Assembly (NCBI GenBank): GCA_023334545.1 | Contig: JAADVB010000027.1 | Location: forward strand, 52,581 to 116,580 | Reading direction: 5' to 3' | DNA: 64,000 bases | Origin: Salisapilia sapeloensis CBS 127946 | Taxonomy: Eukaryota > Protista > Oomycota | Shown here: positions 23,934 through 34,623 of the stretch, piece after piece | Position numbering within the stretch: the stretch's first letter is position 1 | How the letters are laid out: the number at the start of each line of letters is the position of its first letter | Program-made: the position numbers and the translations under genes | The notes under the pieces: model-generated | Databases searched by the model: none | What the model was told of the DNA's origin: nothing | What the model saw: only the letters and a program-made list of their open reading frames with translations

Positions 23934-26164
23934 CTACGACGCACTCGACTGCTTCTTCACTCGGTCAAAGTACTCTTTCACGGTAATACCCTTCCGGCCA
24001 GCTTTCGCCTCGGAGCTCACCACCGGCTTTTGCGTCTTCTGCTTCTTGATCTCGTTCGCGGGACGAAGCGTCAGCCACGTGCCGTCGTCATCTCGAATGC
24101 GGACGCCAGTCGTAGCCACATCGCCCTTCTTGTCGCCCACCCACTCGACCTGCCCCTCTTCCTTCTTAACAGACGCCTCCCTGTCCTTCTGCCGCTGCAA
24201 GAGCTTCTCGACGTCCACCTCGAACGTCTGAGATAAAGCCTCTTCCTCATTGTCGATCACCTTTTGCTGCTTCTTCTTCTTCTTCCCATCTAGTATCAAA
24301 TCATCCGGCAGCGCTTCCACTTCATGCACCTTGTTTCTTGTGACGATCCGACCGTCGGCTAGCTTGATGAGCTTCCCGTCCGCCAAATTCCCTTCTAACT
24401 GGTCCCTCGACATGTACATCTTCTTGGCGCCCGACCGCAAGTACTGGAGTTTCTCAGCACTCGTCATGCTCGCCTCCTGGGCACTGTTCAACTCCGTGGC
24501 GCGCATATCCTGCTCGATATTCCGTTCTCGATTGCGAGCGTTGATGCGGTTGATACGCTCCGTCTCGTCACTCTTCTCCTTCTGCCGCTCTTCATTCTCG
24601 TCCAACAGCTTCTGCAGCTGAGACTCTAGTGCCAGAGCCTTTTCAAAGTTCTTCATGCCCTGTGCAGCCTTGATGTCTCTCTCCAGTCGGACGCGACGGA
24701 CGCCTAGAGGCACGTGCTTTTGTCCCTGAGCAGACTTGCGCTTTACCATCTCACTCACCTCACTCTCCGTGTACTTGTGCGTGTTCACCATCTTCTTCTT
24801 CTTCTTCACAAGGTCCTTGGCTTCCTTGTACGTCGGTAGAGGAATGCGCTCCTTGTTCAGAGTAGCTCTCCAGACGAGGAACTCTCGCTCTGTCAGCGCT
24901 TTACTCGAGATCTGACTTAGCTTCCATGTCCGTTTGCTTTTGCCAAAGGCACACACGATCCCGGTCGTCGTCTGCTCTCCTTTGAACGGATACGACGACA
25001 CTTTCTCCAGTCCCTTCACTTCACAAAACCGATAGACCATCGCACCGTCTTCCACAGCGATCGGGACTTTGACAAAGACGCCTTTCACGAGCTTCTCAAA
25101 GTAAGGCTCGTAAAAGTACTCTTCAAAGAACTTGCGACGACGAAGCAAGTAGTGGTTCGCGCGATTCCAGTTCACGGGCTTGTGGTTATCCGGATCATTG
25201 TCCTCGTCCTCACTCTCCTTTTCGCCTTCCTCCAAGAACAGCTCGCTGAACTTGCTGCCAGAACGACGCTTCTTTCCCGGAGAATCGGCCTCGTCATCCG
25301 CTTTGGCCGTCGAGCTGCGCTGGAGTTCACGACGCTTGCGGCGTTTCTCTACCAGTTCCCGACCCGCACCTTCATTGCCTTCGCTGTCACTGTCGCTGTT
25401 GCTGCCTAGTCGGTCCTGCAGCATCGAATGCGACTGACTAGTAGACGTCTTGGATTTGTTGCTCTTCAAGTCACGGAGCGCCTGCTTTCGCTTGTCGGCG
25501 CTAGAGGATCCACGACGGAGGTCTGGTTCCTCCTCCTCGCTCGACATGGGAGAACCTTCGGACGCTGCGAGACGCTTCTTGAGCGCACGCTGCTTGTCCC
25601 TCTTCTCCTTCTCCTCATACTTTTCTCTGTTGGCGGTGAAAAAATAAGCATATGCACTAATGTAGGAAGGGATATGGTAGATCAGACGTACAGCAGTCGT
25701 TGCTCCTTCTCAACTTCTGTGAGTCCCTCCAAATCCTTTTCAAACTCCACTTCGGCTTCGTCTTCATCGCTCTCTTCCTTCTTTTTTAGCCGTTTCTTCT
25801 TCTTTCCACCACCGTTTTCATTCTCTCCACTCTTTCCCTTCTTCTTCGCTATTGCTTTTTTTCCTTTGGTGTTCCCACCCTTCTTCGCTCGTGTCTTCTT
25901 CTTCCCACGACCACTGCCAGCGCTACTATGTCCTGATTCACTCCCAGACCCACTTCCAGAGTCCGATCCACTGCCAGATCCACTACCAGATCCACTTTCG
26001 CTACCTGACCCACTGCCGCTCTCGGAGCCGGACGGAGAGCCTGAGCCAGTGTCCGATCCAGAGCCAGAGGCCGACCCGGAGACCGAGCCGGAGACAGATC
26101 CCGTGTCGGACTTGTGTCCTTCCTCCTCGTCACTTTCATCCACCACTCTGTTCTTGCGCGCCAT
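23934..26164 (-). CDS. RTF1: PAF1 complex subunit Rtf1 (Plus3 domain), two exons
   Basis: Exon 1 (MARKNRVVDES...EGLTEVEKEQRLL) splices in frame to EKYEEKEKR...; Plus3-like LRRRKFFEEYFYEPYFEKLVKGVFVKV...YRFCEV...KRTWKLSQISSKALTEREF. Confidence 0.85.
25925..26100 (-). repeat. Gly-Ser coding repeat (GSGSES/GSGSGS)
   Basis: Degenerate 6/12-nt coding repeat in Rtf1 exon 1. Confidence 0.8.
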
Positions 26165-26384
26165 CTATAGTCGACTGGAGAGACAGGAGACTGCGTCCAG
26201 ATCGCCGTCTCGCGTTTTCGCTTGCTATTGTAGGCGTCTCAGAATCGGTTGCGCTAGTCCATCTCATCCTCGCCACGAAAATATCATCCACCAGCCAATG
26301 ATATTTAGAGAAAATGACATATTGCGCCTGTCACAGCCTGTAGTACCAACCTCATGCCTGTTCGTTTGCACAATTCGATCCGAC

Positions 26385-27825
26385 ATGCCTCGACCAGTAC
26401 CAGTGGATGCCCAGCGCTTGGAAGAGCTCGCGAAAGAGTTCGGGACGCCGTTCCAATTGTACGATGAGCAGGGTATTCGGGACAATGCCAAGCACTTGGT
26501 CAGTACGTTCAAGACGCAATTTCCTTCTTTCCAGCAGTTCTTTGCTGTGAAAGCGACGCCGAATCCAGCGATACTCAAGGTTCTCAAGCAGGAAGGCTGC
26601 GGCATGGACTGCTCTTCTTCATCGGAGCTACACATTGCCAAGGAAATCGGCATGGAGCCGGAGAAAGTCATGTTCACGTCCAACTTTACGTCGAAGGTAC
26701 GATGATAATCTCTTGATCGTACAGCTATGTCTATTCCTCACACGTTTTTGCTCTAGGACGACTTGGCCATGGCATTCGACCAAGGTGTCATCATGAACCT
26801 CGATGGTACTTCTATCATCCCACTTACTCTTTTACTAAAAGCTAATCTTCAAGATACGGAATAGACATCTCCTTGATTGACGACATTGTGGCGGTCCGTG
26901 GTCGCTGCCCCGACCTCATCTGCTTCCGTCTCAATCCTGTAAGTAGACTCATGCTAATTTACACCTACAATGTATCTCACACACATCTTAGGGTATTGGT
27001 CGTACGGACTCGGAGACGGCATCCAACGTCCTGGGCGGTCCCAGTGCCAAGTTCGGTATCCCGCTGGACGACATCATCGAGTGCTACCGCAAGGCTCAGG
27101 CCGCTGGATCCAAGCGCTTTGGTATTCACATGATGACCGGATCGTGCGTAATGAACCAAGAGTACTGGAAAGAGACCGTCACGGTGCTCTTTAGCGTCAT
27201 CGGCCAACTGAAGAAGGAGCTCGGCATCGAGTGTGAGTTCATGAACATCGGCGGTGGTCTCGGCATTCCCTACCATCCAGACCAGACACCAGTGGACGTG
27301 CCTGCCATCGCCAGTATGCTGCGCACTGTCTTTGACGAGGAGGCTCCCAAGCACGGCATCACGACCGTCCCTCGTCTCTGCATGGAGAACGGACGCTACG
27401 TGACTGGACCGTACGGATGGCTCGTGTCTCGCTGCCAAGTGATCAAGAACACGTACGCCAAGTACTACGGTCTCGATTCGTGCATGGCTCACCTCATGCG
27501 ACCGGGCATGTACGGCGCGTATCACCACATCACGATCCCTGCGAAGGAAGGTGGCGAGCGGGAAGTGTCCAACGTCGTAGGCACCTTGTGCGAGAACAAC
27601 GACTGGTTTGCGCACGACCGCGACCTTCCAAAAGCTCAAGTAGGCGACCTATTCGTCATGCATGACTCTGGCGCGCACTCGCATTCCATGGGTTTCCAGT
27701 ACAATGGCAAGTTGCGTGCTCCCGAGGTCCTATTACGCTCGAATGGATCCGCCGAGCTCATTCGCAAGCGCGAGACGTTGGCTGATCTGTACGGCAACTG
27801 TGTCCTTCCGGCGGATCTAGAGTAA
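26385..27825 (+). CDS. lysA: Diaminopimelate decarboxylase, 4 exons
   Basis: GTPFQLYDE, FFAVKATPNP (PLP Lys), RLNP|GIG...AKFG, HMMTGS, NIGGGLGIPY, MENGRYVTG, DSCMAHLMRPGMYGAYH, VVGTLCENND, GAHSHSMGFQYNGKLR. Introns at 26697-26756, 26806-26864 and 26939-26991. Confidence 0.93.
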
Positions 27826-27946
27826 GTTTGATAAGCTGGAGAGCATGTAGACACATCATTCACTTCATTCGTTTCGAGTTCTTTATGCAGCTACTGACAT
27901 TCTACAGTCCAGTTGGTGGTATCGATACTAAGTGCATGCTACTTGA

Positions 27947-29503
27947 CTACTGTCTGCGTTTCTGCTCAAAGTCCGCTTGGATCTGTGCGTTCGTTCGACC
28001 GGATGTTTCGGGTACCATTCTCCATATAAACAGGATGAACCCAGCCATGATGACGACGAACGGAGCGTACTGCCAGTCGACTAGTACATCCGCCAGGTAT
28101 GGGTAGCAGACGCCGATGACGAGGTTGGACGTCCAGTGAGCTCCAATGCACAAGGACACAGCGTTCGCACGCACGGTGTCTGGGAAGACTTCTGCCACGA
28201 CCATCCAGACGAACGGACCGAGACTCATCTGGAACGCAAACACGTACGTCGCGGTGAACACGATTGACAAGACTGACACGTCTGCGACCAACGAGATTGT
28301 CATACCGATAGCGCTGAGGAGCATGGCTGCAGTGCCCCATACCAGCAGAGTCTTGGTGCCGAACTTGTTCGAGCACTTTCCTGCCACCGCTAACGGCATG
28401 ACGTTGAAGGTATCGATGAGGACCGTTCCGATCCGGTCATCACTGATGCCAGCAGATCCGAATAGGTCACTGGAGTAGTAGAACACCGAATTGATACCTG
28501 TCACCTGGCGGCCGATTACTAGTCCTAGCCCTGCGATGAGCTGCAACCTCAGCTCAGGTGAGAAGAGAGGTGGCGAATGGCCTTCCTGCAGCGGTTTAAG
28601 AATTTCTTCTCCCAAGTCACTGTACGAGCTGCTGAGGTTTCCATCCTCATCTCGTTTCGACTCGATCCAGTCCAACGCAGTCGATACGTGCTCTTTCCCG
28701 AAGAGCTTTGCCAGTTCTACTTCCGCTTCATCCCGTCTGTTCTTCAGGAGAAGCCAAGGAGGACTCTCAACAACGCAGAACGGTGCCAGAACAGCAAAGA
28801 GACCTCCTAGTAGGATCGGGACGCCGGCCATGATTCGCCACGCGTAGTATCCATTGTCCTCATCGATCGCAAAGAACAGACATGCAGTTAGAAGCACAGG
28901 GAGGACGGTGGAAATCTGGAAGCAGACACCCAGGACACTACGCATTTGAGGAGGAGAGATTTCGCCAATGTACCCACTGACAACCGCAGACGCGATGCCG
29001 GTAGCTAAGCCTGCAATCAATCGGCCGACGACGAGCTGCCAGATATTCGTCGCACTCACCTGCAAGATCGCTCCGACGGACATGATGGCTGCGTTTAGGT
29101 AGAAAGATTTTTTGGGGCCGTACTTGGAAGCAAATTTACCGATGCTCAGAGCACCGATCATGCCTCCAAGCAGCCACGCATTCACGACAAACGTCCATTG
29201 GGCCTTGGTGTGTCCGGGGAAAATGATGCATGTGCCCTCTTCGACGGGCTCGGCGTTACATTCCTCGGCCTTGTTAAAGAGAGAGTAATTAAATTGGGAG
29301 ATACACCATCCATACTGCACGCCGTGCAACACAGACACGAGGACACTAGAGTAGAGTCTCCATGTTGGCTTGAACTCGACCTCTTCATCCACCGATGGCT
29401 GTAGTAGATCATCGTGGTCCGGATGCTTGGGTGTCACCACAGTCGCGTACGGCACATCGCCGTGAGTAGACGCTGAGCCGCGTGGGTCTGGTGTCGGTGC
29501 CAT
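27947..29503 (-). CDS. MFS sugar porter (GLUT-like hexose transporter)
   Basis: VGRLIAGLATG, YIGEISPPQMR, VESPPWL, RQVTGINSVFYYS, SLGPFVWMVVAEVFP, VPETSGRT. Confidence 0.92.
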   Translation of the reverse strand: MAPTPDPRGSASTHGDVPYATVVTPKHPDHDDLLQPSVDEEVEFKPTWRLYSSVLVSVLHGVQYGWCISQFNYSLFNKAEECNAEPVEEGTCIIFPGHTKAQWTFVVNAWLLGGMIGALSIGKFASKYGPKKSFYLNAAIMSVGAILQVSATNIWQLVVGRLIAGLATGIASAVVSGYIGEISPPQMRSVLGVCFQISTVLPVLLTACLFFAIDEDNGYYAWRIMAGVPILLGGLFAVLAPFCVVESPPWLLLKNRRDEAEVELAKLFGKEHVSTALDWIESKRDEDGNLSSSYSDLGEEILKPLQEGHSPPLFSPELRLQLIAGLGLVIGRQVTGINSVFYYSSDLFGSAGISDDRIGTVLIDTFNVMPLAVAGKCSNKFGTKTLLVWGTAAMLLSAIGMTISLVADVSVLSIVFTATYVFAFQMSLGPFVWMVVAEVFPDTVRANAVSLCIGAHWTSNLVIGVCYPYLADVLVDWQYAPFVVIMAGFILFIWRMVPETSGRTNAQIQADFEQKRRQ

Positions 29504-30864
29504 CCGTGTGTTTGTCTAGCAAATTTATGAATGACGTACGGAGGCTGCGATAGTACGTGTCGATCGTGCTACTGTCGCTTCAAGGTCGATGACCGTTAAG
29601 GCGAGTAATCAACCATTGCGGATTACCATTTCCAAGTACCGCTGATAGAAACGAGTCGTGGTACGGATAGATAGAGCGGTGCAGACATAAGCACGAAGTA
29701 AGGACTTAATCAGCACTTGATGAGCATAGTACCACTACAGAGGAGGCATTTGGACGGTGTCGAGATGGGATGGCGGGTAGTACGATGGATGGGAAAGAAT
29801 TAGTACATGGACACTCGCAGAAGATGACAACGAAGCAGACAAATGTTTAGACGAGGTGTAATGTAAAAGGGTTGTCTATTCACCCATAATGAAAAGACAT
29901 TTATATCCTTGTCACTTATGGACGATGGCGACGAATTTTAAGTGGAAGAACATCGATTCAAAAGAAAGTGATAGCCTGTTGCTGGATGTGGCAAATCTTT
30001 CTTCGGATCGACCTAGAGAAGTTGGAAATGATGGCAGTAGACTCTGATACGAACCCACTAGAGGTCGTACGTGATCTTGTTTGAAAGAGTAGGCTCCGAA
30101 GAGAAAGAATGCGCATACATGAAGTGTTAAAATAGTTTGAGCATTGACTCTGGCGATACGATGCGGCCAATGTTCAAATAGTATTTTGTCGTACAGAGGG
30201 TGGAAGATGATACTCATACAGTTGGACGTGACCGGCAGCACTAGATCGTCTTTTGACGCGACGGACTCGATGCCTACAAGACCACCACAAGATCACTTCA
30301 AGAAGGAAGCGAAGGGCATGGAAATTTAGCTCTTCTTCATAGCCAGAAACATTTGTTTTTTATTTTACTTAAAGAGTTATGACGTGTAACTACGCCCACT
30401 GCCGCTGCTTCGCGCGGCGTTAATTACAGAGATATCTTACGACTACCCTGTGGTAGAAGCCCAAACACATTTGTTACTCGATTCGACGAAGAGGTCAGGT
30501 GCAACTACTCACCATTTATTACGCTTATTTAATCTCCTTATACTTTCACAAGGTCAGTTCTAGCCGATTAAATACTCCTATGTCTATTTACATGGTCAGT
30601 TCAAATGCCAGAGCTTTTATCCGCACGAAGCAGCTACTCTGTACAACATATATGAAATGTACTCTCCTTTCAATTCTTGTAGCGCTTGACTTGGTCTAAA
30701 GTACGATAAAATAATAAACAGCCAAGTTCTCATTCTCCGGTGATTTCCACTGGAGAATACCATGTACCCTCTCAACTACCCCACGTATACTCTTGACAAG
30801 GCAACCATAGACAAGATGAAAACAAAACGAATATTCAGAACTATATTGGTTGCAGTCGAAAGCT

Positions 30865-32440
30865 TTACTCGTTTTCATTGTCCGGTGGTGTGAGCGGGAG
30901 ACTTGCGTCCAAGTCCGCCTCCTTCTTCTTCTCCTGCTCACCGTTCGCGTCTGGCCTCACCCATGTCTTGTTTTGAAAACCTGGTCGAGGTCCCGCGTTC
31001 TGGACACTAACAGAGTTGTTCGTACTATTCTCGCTCGTCGACTGGCTCTTGACGGCATTCGGGTTCACCCAAGTCCGGTTCTGGAATGCCGGTCGAGGCG
31101 GCCGCATCATCATCGGGTTGCCTTGATACATCATCGGGTTACCACGCGGCGGGTACCCCATGTACGGCATCATGTTCGGGTTTCCATAAGGAGGAGGGTA
31201 GAACATCATCTGACCGTACGGCTATAAGACCATCAGCACAAGACCATGACAGCATACAAGAATAAGAAACGTACGTCTGTAGGATAGTTGGAAAAGTTCG
31301 GCGGCATCCCTTGGCTTCCATGCTGCCCTTGCTCGTTGCTTGCGTCCGGGGTCGAGTCGTTCTTGTCGATACGCTCTCCCTTCCGCCTCTTCGACCGTCG
31401 GTCCAGTTCCGCTTGGCTACTATTGATCGGCGGACCAAGCACATGCTTCTTCCCTCGACTGTCGGATGGTTCTTCCTGTGCCTTTCGCTTGTTTGCTCCT
31501 CGAGAAGAGGACAGTTCGTCGCCCATGACCTTGCGCTTCCCGTTGGATGATTCCTCCTTGGGTTTCTCCACAACGCCAAAGCGCTGCGAGCGTCTAGCAA
31601 GTGCCTCCTTCGAGTCATTTCGAGAGCTCGTGAGAGACCGCATGGTGCCTCGAGACGAACCAGAGGACAGAGACACGACCCGTTTCTTGGGTTCCGACGC
31701 CTTGGCAGAAGCTGACTCACTTGCTTTCTTCGGACTCGGCTCCGACTTTGCAGGTTCGGACTCGGTAGTCTTCGCTGGACTTGGTTCTAACTTCGATGCA
31801 GGTTTGGCTGCTTCGTCCGTGGACTGGTAGACTGGAAGTGTCTGTCGAAGCCACTTGACAAAGTCCTGAGCAGAGTCATCGCCGATGAAGTCAATCAATT
31901 CAGACGCGATCTGCTTCATCGGCTTCTTGTTGTTCACCATGACGATCACATAATCCTGTGGCGAGTCGAATCGGTCGATATATACAAGCACATACAATTA
32001 TTTTCTCTTCTTTTTTTCCTATCTACTTTTTTTTTGACATGCATATATGAAAGAGAGCTGCTACGGAAGAGAGTTGGACGATCGCACTCATGCCTTTTGC
32101 ATTCCATTTGGACATGGATAATGCACGCACCTCGCGTTTAACGCACGTTTCAAAGCAGCGAATACATGCACCATTGCACGAATGGCAGCAGAAACGCACG
32201 TGCAACAATCGCATCTCTCAAGCAGACCCCTTTCCATGGCCTCCATAGCTACAGGGAGAATGGAAACGATCGACCTGCCAGGCCAGGCTAGAAAATAGCA
32301 AAGAAAGCACAACGTACCGCCATGACAGAGTCCACTTCAACACCGAGCATCTCGGACAGTTTGTCCTGCGTCTTCTTGGTCAGATCGGCCTTTTGCTCCT
32401 CCGATAGCGTTCGGTCAAAAGCCCACTCGGCGTCGCTCAT
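30865..32440 (-). CDS. PWI-domain protein (RNA-processing factor-like), 3 exons
   Basis: Exon 1 MSDAEWAFD...KLSEMLGVEVDSVMA splices in phase 0 across intron 31956-32317 to DYVIVMVNNKKPMKQIASELIDFIGDDSAQDFVKWL (PWI-like). A second short intron precedes the M/P/Y-rich tail. Confidence 0.75.
32069..32278 (-). ncRNA. Candidate structured intronic RNA element (unknown class)
   Basis: Several hand-folded helices on the gene-sense strand, rich in G-U pairs (see findings). No known family motifs recognised. Confidence 0.4.
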
Positions 32441-32598
32441 TTTCACTCCACGTTCTTTTGTTGGTTTGAGAAGTTGATCATCGATCTAGCCACTCATCTA
32501 TAGCAAAAGTAGCCTGCTTTATGATTGGTCCAAAAGAAAAGAAAAGTATATCTGATACCGCCAACTTTCTGATAACCTTGCTGCCTTTCTAGAGCTGT

Positions 32599-32646
32599 CT
32601 TCTAGCTGCACGTGAGTCGCCTTCTAGCTGCATGTGAGTCGCCTTC
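32599..32646. repeat. 22-bp tandem duplication CTTCTAGCTGCAYGTGAGTCGC
   Basis: Units at 32599-32620 and 32621-32642 differ at one base; a partial third unit CTTC follows. Confidence 0.85.
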
Positions 32647-32753
32647 ATATTCACATAAGGCACCTGTCATGCCGAAAGTCCATAGGATTATCTATTTGCA
32701 CCTACAATAGCATAAAGACACTGGAAAGAAAGATGAACTTGAAGCAAACGTAA

Positions 32754-34274
32754 TCAAACAGCTCGATATTGCGCTCCGAGCTTCCTAAAGAACTCTTGTC
32801 TAGTCCGTAAACTCTGCTTTTCTGCCTCGGAAAGATAGGCCATGCCAACATTAAACGGACATTCTTGCGGCAAGTCCCATTCGTGGAACCATCCTGGGAA
32901 GACATTCTTGTCCAACGCCTTGGTACGATGCAGCTCCTTCTTGTCCGGATCCAGCTCCAACAGAGCTTCACTGTTAACATAAAATGCCGGAGCGTCCTCC
33001 GCTTTCTCTACTTCTACCATCGGGTCAAAGTGCAAAGCTTGTCCGCACAAGTAATCTGTTTCCGCATCTGGATCATTCGGCTTGTGCTTCCTCTGCACTT
33101 CCATGCCGTAGGAGCCGACTCCATAAGGAGACATACCATACTTGGTCTCTGCCAACTCACACGCAACAAAGTACAGCTCTTTGTCACCATAGGAGGGTGG
33201 TTTCTTCGCTCCATCGGCAGCAAAAGATCCTACCAAGGCAGTCGCTCGTACCTGCCTCTGCTTATCCCACAGCAAGACGGACGAGTCGACGTGATGGCCA
33301 CTCCGGAGGTTCCACACGTGACTCGACAGGAGTTCATCGCTAGGGGAAAACGGGAGATACGACGCTTCGTCCATGATATCCTCATTATCTGGACGCAAGG
33401 TAGCACGAGGTCGAGGTTCCGTTCGAAGCACTCTGAACGGATCGAGGTCAAAGGACTGGAAGAAAGAGCTGAGTTCCGTCCGATGGGGCTGTATGATCGA
33501 GTGTTTGATATTACCAGCATACATCCCGTGTTGGGACATTCGGTCTCGGAAGAAGAACGTTCCTGTGGACGTGTACTGCTCCGACTGCCACAAGCGCATT
33601 GGGTCGAGGAAGAACTGGACGTCAGCATCGAGCATCATAACCTGAGTGAACTTGGAGAATACGAGAGAAATGAGCTTGATGTCAAAGCCTCGGAAACGTC
33701 TATGGCAATGCTCTAGACTTCTACAAAAGAGATCATCAGGTAGTTCACTTGCTTCTTTGCAAACGTCGTAGATGCGTACGGCAGATCGATCTTGGTATTC
33801 GACTTGGCTTTGAATCATTTCACGATTCTCTGCATTCAGATCTCCACAATGTGGTACTTCATAGGGAATATCAACACCTCGAGCATCTAAATCTCGAATT
33901 AAGGAGGCGCCTAGCTGGGCAATGCCATCGAAAAGTGGCAGTATGATGCCTCGAGAGCCATTGCCAGCGATATGCAGACCGTTTTCATGTGAGGTCGGGA
34001 GAGCGATTTCAGCAAAGCGTAAGGCTCTTTTCTCTTCTTTCGACAAATCCCGATCAACTCGTAAGATCGTGGACGTGTCATGACTGGTGTGAATGACGTC
34101 GTGCTCGTCGTCCACGGGCCGGAAGGATTTAAATGGGGATAGAAAGAGTGTGCGATATGCGACGGTAGCTGCCGCAACAATAGCAATTAGACCCAAGAAG
34201 AAGTGGATCTTGGATCGTTGCTGCCCGTGAGGAGACGGACGAGCTGTTCGTGCTCTGCGTTGGGGCGCAGCCAT
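32754..34274 (-). CDS. GT71 (MNN2-like) alpha-mannosyltransferase
   Basis: Type II membrane anchor; MMLDADVQFFLDP (DxD), GTFFFRDR, HHVDSSVLLWDK, SYGDKELYFVACELA. Confidence 0.85.
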   Translation of the reverse strand: MAAPQRRARTARPSPHGQQRSKIHFFLGLIAIVAAATVAYRTLFLSPFKSFRPVDDEHDVIHTSHDTSTILRVDRDLSKEEKRALRFAEIALPTSHENGLHIAGNGSRGIILPLFDGIAQLGASLIRDLDARGVDIPYEVPHCGDLNAENREMIQSQVEYQDRSAVRIYDVCKEASELPDDLFCRSLEHCHRRFRGFDIKLISLVFSKFTQVMMLDADVQFFLDPMRLWQSEQYTSTGTFFFRDRMSQHGMYAGNIKHSIIQPHRTELSSFFQSFDLDPFRVLRTEPRPRATLRPDNEDIMDEASYLPFSPSDELLSSHVWNLRSGHHVDSSVLLWDKQRQVRATALVGSFAADGAKKPPSYGDKELYFVACELAETKYGMSPYGVGSYGMEVQRKHKPNDPDAETDYLCGQALHFDPMVEVEKAEDAPAFYVNSEALLELDPDKKELHRTKALDKNVFPGWFHEWDLPQECPFNVGMAYLSEAEKQSLRTRQEFFRKLGAQYRAV

Positions 34275-34623
34275 GTCGGATGAAGCGGCAAAGTAGTTTG
34301 TTTATTTATCTCGATAGTTGTGACGCTATTAATTGGAACGATTGGAGATCTTCAAAGGTTGCAACTGGCTATAGCAACCTAGGGAGACTCTTCGTCTTGC
34401 TTGGGAAGGTTCTTGCTGTACAAAGTACTCTGTACAAGCTATCTTGACCACGTTTTGCCTTGTTTGGTGTTGAAGTTTTCTAGTATGTCTACTTTTCTTC
34501 TATTGTATCTAAGCGGATTTTGATTAATCAAGGTTTCCGATCCTTTGGAGGATATGAAGAGACGCGTAAGATCTACTGGTCAGACGCCACGCTGAACTAG
34601 TAACAGCGTCTATTATTATTGAA

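Noticed and set aside
31956-32317. Long intron as a TPP riboswitch, RNase P/MRP RNA, telomerase RNA or canonical snoRNA
   Set aside because: No CUGAGA/AUACCCG...CUGAU TPP core. GGAAAGGGGUCUG has no matching CR-V partner. No telomere template, and no clean C/D or ANANNA/ACA boxes after the hairpins.
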